A stretch of DNA of 64,000 bases from the NCBI GenBank assembly GCA_023381695.1, contig JAMCQP010000057.1, positions 2,376 through 66,375 of the forward strand, written 5' to 3'. Numbering within the stretch: the stretch's first letter is position 1; each line of letters begins with the position of its first letter. Origin of the DNA: Bacillota bacterium. Lineage in GTDB: Bacteria > Bacillota > UBA5301 > JAMCQP01. The position numbers and the translations under genes were made by a program. Shown here one piece after another: positions 1-7,140 of this stretch. The notes beneath the pieces were generated by a model. The model was given only the letters and a program-made list of their open reading frames with translations. It searched no databases and was not told the DNA's origin.

Positions 1-2488
1 GGTCGACATAGGCGTTCTTCACCGCAACCAGTTTCACCGCGCTTTCCAGAACCAGCCGGGCTTCCTGCCAGGTGGCCGCCGCGGTCTCCAGATCATCTTT
101 CCCCGGGAAAGCTTTGAACTCTCTTTGCAATAACTGCAATCGTTCATCCGCCCCGGCAATCTTTTCATTTATCCCGGCAATCTCCGCCTGCAGCGCGGCA
201 ATCTCCGCCTGCAACCCGTCAATTACCTCCTGCCGGTATCTCCTGCGGGCCTCGGCTCCGATGAATTTGGGCCGGCAGGCGCCGCTCACCTTCCCTTTCA
301 ACAGGCCGCCCAACCCATACTCTCCCGTACTGGTCAGGTAAACCCGATCGTCGCTGTCTTCAATCCACAGGCTGCGCACGGTGGAATCGATCACCTCGGC
401 GGTGATCCGGCCATCCGCCGGAGCCACCGGCCGCAACCATCTTGACAGATCCACGGTGAGCAACTGGAACCTGGGAAATAGATACCGGTCGGCCATCCCC
501 GGATCCATCCGAAACAGACGGCTTCGGGACTCTTCCGGAACAATCAGGGCGTCCAGCAGGCCAAGTTCGCCCAGGGCTTCTTCGATCCGGCCCCGCAGCT
601 CTTCTGGGAGGTCCTCCCGAAAATCCACCGCCTGGTAAAACGGCAGATAAGGGATACCCTCGCGGGTCAGCCGCTCCCTGTTCAGCGCGACCTTCTCCTC
701 CCGGGGCGGCTCCGGATCCTTTTTGCTCTTCCATCCGGCCAGTTCCTGCTCTTTTTCCCGCAGGCGCTCCTGCTGGTTGGCTTTTTCCGCCTGCCACCCG
801 GAACGTTCCTCCACCAGCCGGCTCTCCGCGGCATGGTAGACCTCCCGCGCGGCGGACAGAAGATCGTCGTAACTCTGCTCCGGATAGGCATTTATGGCGC
901 GCTGCAAGTGGATCATCGTCTCCGCGTCGGGCTTCAACAGCTGGTTCCCGTTCTTCCAGATATGTACTTTTTCGACAAACTCCTCTTTGATCTCCCCCAA
1001 CAATTTTTCGGCCTTCTCCCGATTGGCCTGGGCATCCTCCTTCTCCCGCCTGGCCCGTTCCAGTTCCCCGTAAGCCTGATCGTAGACCCGGTTTTGTTCG
1101 CGCTCGGCCTGCAGTTTTTTGCGGGCGGCGGTGATCCGCCCCCGGTAGCGTTGCAACTCCCCCTTGAGCAGGCTCCAGGAGTATTCCGCCGCCAGGTTGG
1201 CCTGCAATTCGCCTTGCATGAAGAAGTGCTCATCAAAATGCAGCTGGCCGGCCAGGTCCGACATGTTCTTTAATATGCCGCCAAGGCTCGCCTCCAGCCG
1301 GGAATTGCCCTCCTCGGCCCGCCGCAGCTCTTCCCGGAGTTTTCGTTCCCGGCCTTCCTTTTGCTCGCGCTGCTGCTCCTTTTGCCGCTGGTTCTCTTCC
1401 AGAGCCGCCACCGTCTTTCGCCGCTCCTCGATCTCCCTGAGGAAGCGAAAACTGTCGTGCTGCAACAACTCCCGCTGTTTCAGCTCCAGCGCCGCCCGGC
1501 TGCTCTTGAGCTCCTGGAGTTTCGTCTCCGCGTCCAGATGCTGCTTCAGGTACTGCCCGCGCAGCTGTTCCTGATCCTGGGCCTGCCTCTCCCGGCGGCC
1601 AAGTTCGTGGTGGCTGCTCAAAAAATTTCTGGCCTTCTCCCACAGGATAAACCGGTTGTACCTGTCAAACTCCTTGCCCAGCCTGTCGGCGGCCTTTTTG
1701 CTTTCCTGCAGGTGATCCAGCTGGCTCTTGATGTTATCCATGTTTTCAATGGCTTCCGACATCGGCCGCAGGTCCTCATCGCTGAGCGGCTGCAAGGAAT
1801 TGTTCAGGATATCGTAGATCACCGTGGGCTTAAAATCCTTGGAAAGCTTCGGCGTACGCAACTGGACCAGCAATTTGATGAGCTCATCATAGTCCTCAAG
1901 GCTCTCAAAGCCGAACAACAGGTTGTTGACCATGTCCATGTAGTCCTTCTGCCGGTCATGGACCTGCCCGCCCTCGCCGATGCGGTTCTTCAACTCCTGT
2001 TTGCTCAAGGGGACCTTCTCCCCCAGGTCTTTATACAGGAAAAAATTCCGGCCCACCCGGCGCCCGTCGGTGATGGCGAAACTCCAGAAGTCCAGGCCCT
2101 TGCCGCGTCTGGCGTGCAGCCCAATCCCCAGGGTGAGGTAGTTGCCGCTCTCCTCCTTGAGAAATTCCATGTACAGATAGCCGGTGCGTTCCTCTTCGCC
2201 CAGCTCTTCCTCGCCCAAAAGGTAGTCCTCCAGCTTGCGGGCCCGGGAGCCGAAGGGATCAAGCCGTTCCGGGCTCCGGTTCCCGTCCAGAAGCAACGGG
2301 ATGAAACTCTGCATGGTGACGGATTTCCCCGAACCGTTGGCGCCGCGCAACAACAGCCGCCCTCCGGAAAACTCGAATTCTTCCTCATCGTAGTACCAGT
2401 AGTTCACCAACCCGATCCGGTTGATGAGCCAGCGGTTATTCCGGTAATCCGGGGTATTCCGATTATCCGGGTTATTCCGATCATTCAC
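1..2488 (-). CDS. jetC: SMC-like ATPase, JetC-like (TIGR02680-type) subunit of a type II Wadjet-like operon. Only about 829 N-terminal codons are present and the ORF continues past the window start.
   Basis: It is missing from the ORF track because no stop codon lies in the window. My own minus-strand translation from GTG 2488 (RBS GGAGGAGAGG just upstream) stays open to nt 1. It reads VNDRNNPDN...WYYDEEEFEFSGGRLLLRGANGSGKSVTMQSFIPLLLDG (Walker A), then more than 600 aa of E/K/R/Q/L-rich coiled-coil-like sequence. The start overlaps the jetB stop by 8 nt. Confidence 0.75.
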   Translation of the reverse strand, partial: MNDRNNPDNRNTPDYRNNRWLINRIGLVNYWYYDEEEFEFSGGRLLLRGANGSGKSVTMQSFIPLLLDGNRSPERLDPFGSRARKLEDYLLGEEELGEEERTGYLYMEFLKEESGNYLTLGIGLHARRGKGLDFWSFAITDGRRVGRNFFLYKDLGEKVPLSKQELKNRIGEGGQVHDRQKDYMDMVNNLLFGFESLEDYDELIKLLVQLRTPKLSKDFKPTVIYDILNNSLQPLSDEDLRPMSEAIENMDNIKSQLDHLQESKKAADRLGKEFDRYNRFILWEKARNFLSSHHELGRRERQAQDQEQLRGQYLKQHLDAETKLQELKSSRAALELKQRELLQHDSFRFLREIEERRKTVAALEENQRQKEQQREQKEGRERKLREELRRAEEGNSRLEASLGGILKNMSDLAGQLHFDEHFFMQGELQANLAAEYSWSLLKGELQRYRGRITAARKKLQAEREQNRVYDQAYGELERARREKEDAQANREKAEKLLGEIKEEFVEKVHIWKNGNQLLKPDAETMIHLQRAINAYPEQSYDDLLSAAREVYHAAESRLVEERSGWQAEKANQQERLREKEQELAGWKSKKDPEPPREEKVALNRERLTREGIPYLPFYQAVDFREDLPEELRGRIEEALGELGLLDALIVPEESRSRLFRMDPGMADRYLFPRFQLLTVDLSRWLRPVAPADGRITAEVIDSTVRSLWIEDSDDRVYLTSTGEYGLGGLLKGKVSGACRPKFIGAEARRRYRQEVIDGLQAEIAALQAEIAGINEKIAGADERLQLLQREFKAFPGKDDLETAAATWQEARLVLESAVKLVAVKNAYVD

Positions 2489-3623
2489 GGGCCTCTCCTC
2501 CAAAATCCTCGGGATACCTGCCGGTCGCCTTGCCCGCCAGCGGCAACAATCGGAGTTCCTGGCGGTTGCTTCCCGGCTCGAGCATGGAAAAACCGGACAT
2601 ATAGGCGATTACCTCTTCGTACAGCTTCGCGTCCGGCATCTCCCGGAACTCCTTGCTCCAGCCGCCGGAGAATTCTTTCCGGCAATGGTCGATCACCCGC
2701 TCCAGCTGGTTCCGGGAGATCAGGATCAGATCGTCCTCCCGGACCTGCAGCTCCCCGGCGGAGACCAGCCGGCGCAGCTCGGCGTTGACCTGCAGGACGA
2801 TGGCCGAGATGGTTTTCTGTTCCGGAAAGGCCGATTTGAATTGTTTATCGCCGTTCAGAACCAGAAAGGCGCTGTTCTTGTGCACGTGAAGCTGGCTCTC
2901 CAGATAGTCCTCTATTTCCTTCTGGATCGTCGAGCGGAAGTTCTTGATGTACAGAAAATCCGGGTCGTCAGCCCCCTCGGCATAGACCGCGGGAGACAGG
3001 AAGATCCGGCGATAGACCCGGTGGCGCCTGACCGCGCCCCGCTCCCGGTCCATCTCCAGCCACTCGTCGTCTTCCAGATCCCGCCAATTGGCGTAGGATA
3101 GAATATTGCGCGAGAAGTTGCGCACGAAGTAACGAGAGACGCCGGTATTTTCGTAGAGCACCTCGGTCTCCACGGTCATGGTAAAATCGCGATCATCGCC
3201 GTCATCGACCCTGATCAGGCCGAGGTTGGCCGCGAAATTCAAGACCTTCACCAGATATTTGCGGTGGCGGTACAGGGTCCAATCGATCTTCTCTTCCCCC
3301 GGAAAAGTGGACTGGATAAACTCCGTGACCTGCGACAGCACAAACTGTTCCTGGACGCCGTAATCCTCCAGGAAGACCAGCAACAGGCATAAAAAGGCAT
3401 ACTCCAGGCGGTCCTCAAACTCCTCAATCCCCATCCAGCCCTCCACCTTGCCAGGAAGCTTCTCCAGCTTGATCAGGTAGGGATTGATCAGCAACCTGTA
3501 CCCCAGCCGGCTCTCCAGGAACGGTTTCAACCGGGGGCTGGCGTCTTTGAGCGTCTGGTACAGCTCCTTGTCCTGTTCCTTGATGATCCAGTAGTTCTCC
3601 AGCAGCGCCTCAAACTCTTTCAT
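2481..3623 (-). CDS. jetB: JetB-like protein (DUF2398/TIGR02678-type)
   Basis: 380-aa acidic ORF (MKEFEALLENYWIIKEQDKELYQTLKD...) lying between the DUF2397-like gene and the SMC-like ATPase. It is separated from jetA by a 39-nt gap and overlaps jetC by 8 nt. Family call is from memory of the four-gene TIGR02677-02680 cassette. Confidence 0.6.
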   Translation of the reverse strand: MKEFEALLENYWIIKEQDKELYQTLKDASPRLKPFLESRLGYRLLINPYLIKLEKLPGKVEGWMGIEEFEDRLEYAFLCLLLVFLEDYGVQEQFVLSQVTEFIQSTFPGEEKIDWTLYRHRKYLVKVLNFAANLGLIRVDDGDDRDFTMTVETEVLYENTGVSRYFVRNFSRNILSYANWRDLEDDEWLEMDRERGAVRRHRVYRRIFLSPAVYAEGADDPDFLYIKNFRSTIQKEIEDYLESQLHVHKNSAFLVLNGDKQFKSAFPEQKTISAIVLQVNAELRRLVSAGELQVREDDLILISRNQLERVIDHCRKEFSGGWSKEFREMPDAKLYEEVIAYMSGFSMLEPGSNRQELRLLPLAGKATGRYPEDFGGEARE

Positions 3624-3662
3624 CTGCGACTCCTTGCATGATCCCGTATCGTAAGCCTGGAC

Positions 3663-5189
3663 CTACGCCCCCTCAAATCGGAGCTTGTACGCCGGCATCT
3701 CCAGCCGGCCATCGTCGCACCGCAGAGTGCATCTGGCCCCTCCCGGCGGATCCATCAAGCGGAAGGCCCGCCCGTCCTCGGTCTTGCCGGTGCGATCTCT
3801 GGCGGCGCAGGCTTTCCCCACCCACCGCAACAAGGTGGTCCGGACATAAGGCGGAATCTGTGGCAGGACGGCAAAGTCGATCTGGTCATCGCGGATGTAT
3901 CCTTGAATAACCTCCCGCTCCAGCTGGAGATCTTGAATATGCTGGTGATAAAGCCGTTGTTTGAAGCCGCTTTTGTCGGCAATCGGGTTTTTGGCGGCCT
4001 TCTCCCGGTAGGTCCGGACGTGGGGCCGGATCTCCACAACCAGCGGGGGCTCGGCGTAGACACTGCTGTTGATGCTCTCGGTGACCCGCTCCAGATCCCC
4101 CTTCAGGTGGCGGGAATTAAAGACGCCGAAAGCCAGGGCCGACAGCTTGTGGCATTCCTCCAGGCTTTTAGCGGCCAGAAACAGCTCGCATAACTTCTTG
4201 TACTCTTCCTTGCGGTTGGCGGCGCTGTTCCGGCTTTCCACGATCTGCGCCGCGTAACGGGTGATCTTCCGGATCAGTTCATTGGTAATCTCAAAAAGCT
4301 TGACCACTTCGCTGTCGCGCTCGTTGGCACGCCGGCCGGTGCGTTCGGCGGCACGATCGGCGGCGCCTTCGCCGGCGCCCAGAAACCACCGCCGGATGCT
4401 CCGCCACCGCCCCTGGATGGTTTCAAACATTTCTTCTTCATTTACGGTCTCCAGGCGCGGGATGGACTTCTCATAATTAAAGGCTTTCTCCAGCACGACC
4501 CGGACCTGCGCTTCCCCAAAATTTTTCAAGGTCGCCTCGATCCAGTAAGAATTGGTCTGCAGCCCCTTGACAAATTCCCGCAGGTACTCGATGATCGAAT
4601 CTTTGTAGGCGATGAACGCGGTGGTCTTCATCAACTCTTCCGCGCGCAAGCTGTGAAAGCTTCTGATATAGTCCTGGTAGTTCTGGTTCAGGCTTTTGAA
4701 ATCCGTATTTAACTCCCGCCACCAGGGGCCGACGGTCCTGGAATCCGCCCCCGCCATCTCCGGAAGCCTTTGCAATGCTTCCTTGATCCGCTCAATCAGG
4801 CTCGGCTCCAGCGATGCCCCCTCCACGAGCAAATTTTCCAGGGTGATGGTCATCCGCTCGATCTCCACGGAGTACTCCGAGAGCTGGTAGCGGAACTGCT
4901 TGTTCTTGAACTCCGCCACGGTGCTGGCCTTGGAGGTGTCCTGCACCGGCACCAGGTTGCCCCATTCCACCAGAACCTCCAGGTCTAGCTGGCACTGCTC
5001 CAGGGTGTAACCGGCAAACTCCGGATGCGGGCGTAATTCCGCAAAGACATCCTCCTTATACAGCCAGTATCTGAGCCGTTCGTACTCCTGGTAAAAAAGC
5101 CGCATGATCGGCCGGTAGCGCCAGGAATTCTCCGCGGCCAGATATTTGACCTCCTGAATCGGTTTGGTTAGTTTCGAATTTAACTGCAT
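3663..5189 (-). CDS. jetA: JetA-like protein (DUF2397/TIGR02677-type)
   Basis: 508-aa ORF. The N-terminus (VKYLAAENSWRYRPIMRLFYQEYERLRYWLYKEDV) is typical of the DUF2397 family as I recall it. It is the first gene of the three-gene minus-strand cassette. Confidence 0.6.
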   Translation of the reverse strand: MQLNSKLTKPIQEVKYLAAENSWRYRPIMRLFYQEYERLRYWLYKEDVFAELRPHPEFAGYTLEQCQLDLEVLVEWGNLVPVQDTSKASTVAEFKNKQFRYQLSEYSVEIERMTITLENLLVEGASLEPSLIERIKEALQRLPEMAGADSRTVGPWWRELNTDFKSLNQNYQDYIRSFHSLRAEELMKTTAFIAYKDSIIEYLREFVKGLQTNSYWIEATLKNFGEAQVRVVLEKAFNYEKSIPRLETVNEEEMFETIQGRWRSIRRWFLGAGEGAADRAAERTGRRANERDSEVVKLFEITNELIRKITRYAAQIVESRNSAANRKEEYKKLCELFLAAKSLEECHKLSALAFGVFNSRHLKGDLERVTESINSSVYAEPPLVVEIRPHVRTYREKAAKNPIADKSGFKQRLYHQHIQDLQLEREVIQGYIRDDQIDFAVLPQIPPYVRTTLLRWVGKACAARDRTGKTEDGRAFRLMDPPGGARCTLRCDDGRLEMPAYKLRFEGA

Positions 5190-5300
5190 TTTTAAGCTTT
5201 ATCCTTTTAAAAACCGGATGTCTTCTACTTGAGTTATTGGTTCAACATTCTTTGCAAATACCCTTCTCCCGTAATGCCCTCGTTCGTCTTACCCGATTTC

Positions 5301-5331
5301 GATAAAACGGGCCAGCGGGGGAAACATATTA
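5301..5331 (+). promoter_or_regulatory. Possible forespore (sigma-G/F-like) promoter upstream of splB
   Basis: GATAAA, then 18 nt, then CATATTA, ending 55 nt upstream of the splB start. This resembles the Bacillus sigma-G pattern (GnATa-N17/18-CATnnTA). Match by eye only. Confidence 0.25.
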
Positions 5332-5385
5332 ATATCTCAGTTATTCGGCTTAGCCCGTTATTCGGATCCACCGGGAGGATTAAGA

Positions 5386-6405
5386 GTGCACCACTTCGTG
5401 CCCAGCCAGGTTTTCGTGCAACCCGACGCTCTGGCTTATCCTGCCACCCGGCAGGCCACCAGCAAGTTGAAGCAACTTGGTGTTCCGATCACCGTCACCA
5501 GCCGGGTCCCTGCCGCCGGTCGCGAACTCTCCCCGGCGGAACGCTACCGTGAAGCCAAACGGACGCTTTCGTTGCGGGTCCGCAAAGAACTCGACTTTGC
5601 CAGCTGCAAACCGTCGGCGCACTACCAACTCCCCCTTACCAGCAGTTGCCCCGGCCTGTGCGAGTACTGCTATCTTTCCACTACCCTGGGGCCAGGCCCG
5701 TATATCCGGGCATATGTCAATGTGGAAGAAATATTGAGCCGGGCTGAGAAATACATTCAACAACGCTTGCCCGACGAGACCTATTTCGAAGGAGCCGCCA
5801 CCTCGGATCCGGTGCCGGTGGAGTACCTTACCGGATCCCTGGCGAAAGCCATCGAGTTCTTCGCCCGGCAATCAAAGGCTCGCTTCCGGTTCGTCACCAA
5901 GTTCACCGACATCGACAGCCTGCTGAAGGTTGAGCATGGCGGGCATACCCGCTTTCGCTTCAGCATCAACTCCCAGCATGTCATAGAAAAATTCGAGCAT
6001 GGAACGCCGCGATTGAAGGCCCGGATTGCCGCCGCAAACCGTGTGCTGCACGCCGGGTATCCCCTGGGTTTTCTAATCGGCCCAATCCTGGTCTTTGAGC
6101 ATTGGGAAAAAGCATATGCGGAAATGTTCGAGATGTTGAGGGATGGGCTGGATGAAATCATTAACGCGGACGTTACTTTCGAACTGATCACCCACCGGTT
6201 CACACGAAGGGGTAAAGAACTGCAACTTGCGGTTTTCCCGGAGACCGAACTTCCTCTTGAGGAGGACGAGCGCCGGTTCAAGTTCGGACAGTTCGGCTAC
6301 GGCAAATTTGTTTACCGCAAAGAAACAATGAGCCAGTTTGACGAATATTTCACCCGGACTATAGGGAACATGTTTCCGCGAGCCCGCATAGAATACCTGG
6401 TTTGA
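5386..6405 (+). CDS. splB: Spore photoproduct lyase (radical SAM)
   Basis: 339 aa with a GTG start after RBS GGGAGGA. It carries the CxxxCxxC radical-SAM motif in CKPSAHYQLPLTSSCPGLCEYCYLSTTLGPGPYIRAYVNVEEIL, which closely matches the Bacillus SplB core as I remember it. Confidence 0.85.
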   Translation: MHHFVPSQVFVQPDALAYPATRQATSKLKQLGVPITVTSRVPAAGRELSPAERYREAKRTLSLRVRKELDFASCKPSAHYQLPLTSSCPGLCEYCYLSTTLGPGPYIRAYVNVEEILSRAEKYIQQRLPDETYFEGAATSDPVPVEYLTGSLAKAIEFFARQSKARFRFVTKFTDIDSLLKVEHGGHTRFRFSINSQHVIEKFEHGTPRLKARIAAANRVLHAGYPLGFLIGPILVFEHWEKAYAEMFEMLRDGLDEIINADVTFELITHRFTRRGKELQLAVFPETELPLEEDERRFKFGQFGYGKFVYRKETMSQFDEYFTRTIGNMFPRARIEYLV

Positions 6406-6410
6406 CAAGC

Positions 6411-6698
6411 TCACCTTTCCCGCAACAACCCCAGCTCGCGCAGGTCGGCCAGCAGCTTTTCGGGATCGGACGCCACCACGAAGACTTCCTGGACCAGGCC
6501 GGTTCCCTTGGCAAGCAGCTTCACCGTCCCGCCCTGCGTGTACTGGTAGAAGAGCCCGCTTTCGGTGCCGTGCTTCCGTTTGATCTGCCCCGGGAGCACG
6601 CTGGTGGCAAACGGTGATTGCGAGACGGCCGCAAAGAGGCTTTTCATGTCGTTGGTAGTCGAGTGTTCGTGCTTGACCTTGTTGGTGCGGAATTTCAT
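6411..6698 (-). CDS. Hypothetical 95-aa protein, translationally coupled to the upstream MNT gene
   Basis: Its start overlaps the MNT stop (ATGA, 6695-6698). I see no Rx4-6H HEPN motif. The sequence is MKFRTNKVKHEHSTTNDMKSLF...GTGLVQEVFVVASDPEKLLADLRELGLLRER. It is GC-rich, unlike its AT-rich partner. Confidence 0.45.
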   Translation of the reverse strand: MKFRTNKVKHEHSTTNDMKSLFAAVSQSPFATSVLPGQIKRKHGTESGLFYQYTQGGTVKLLAKGTGLVQEVFVVASDPEKLLADLRELGLLRER

Positions 6699-7021
6699 CT
6701 TTTCAACATAGCCTTCCCTTTTCTGATAATCTCATCATGCAAGAAATCGCCCCGCCGGGCGTTACGGTATTGCTCCAACGAATAAGGACGGGGAGATAGA
6801 TCATAATCTATCTGTTCAGCAAGTCTTTTAAGGGTCACCATCTCTTCTATCCTGTCTTTCCCGAGATCAGGACTGATGATGGCCACATCAATGTCGCTAT
6901 CTTCGCGGGCATGTCCAGAAGCATGAGAGCCAAATAGGATAGCTTCGCGAACATCAATATTATTCTTCCGCAACAAATTTATATATTTGCGTATCGTCAC
7001 CCCAACTTGCTTGCCAGCCAT
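6695..7021 (-). CDS. Minimal nucleotidyltransferase (MNT/NTP_transf_2 domain, MntA-like)
   Basis: 108 aa with the motif FGSHASGHAREDSDIDVAIIS (GSx10DxD). RBS GGAGG lies upstream. The gene is visibly more AT-rich than its flanks. Confidence 0.8.
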   Translation of the reverse strand: MAGKQVGVTIRKYINLLRKNNIDVREAILFGSHASGHAREDSDIDVAIISPDLGKDRIEEMVTLKRLAEQIDYDLSPRPYSLEQYRNARRGDFLHDEIIRKGKAMLKR

Positions 7022-7109
7022 TTAAATTCCGCCTCCGTCTTCGGAGTTACAGTATCAATATACCACTAACGGGATGAAAATTAAAGCACCTGAGGTTAGC
7101 TTTGTTAGC

Positions 7110-7139
7110 TTTACGCCCCCGATCAAAATGGTGTATAAT
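7110..7139 (+). promoter_or_regulatory. Possible sigma-A promoter for the fusion gene
   Basis: TTTACG (7110-7115), 18 nt, then TATAAT (7134-7139). If this promoter is used, ATG 7141 cannot be the start codon, which favours TTG 7183. Confidence 0.3.
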
Positions 7140-7140
7140 A

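Noticed and set aside
1361-2788. 475-aa plus-strand ORF, the longest track ORF in the first 3 kb
   Set aside because: It is antisense to jetC and jetB and translates to low-complexity L/Q/P/A sequence. The minus strand carries a Walker A plus coiled-coil protein with a good RBS. It is a typical shadow ORF in GC-rich DNA.
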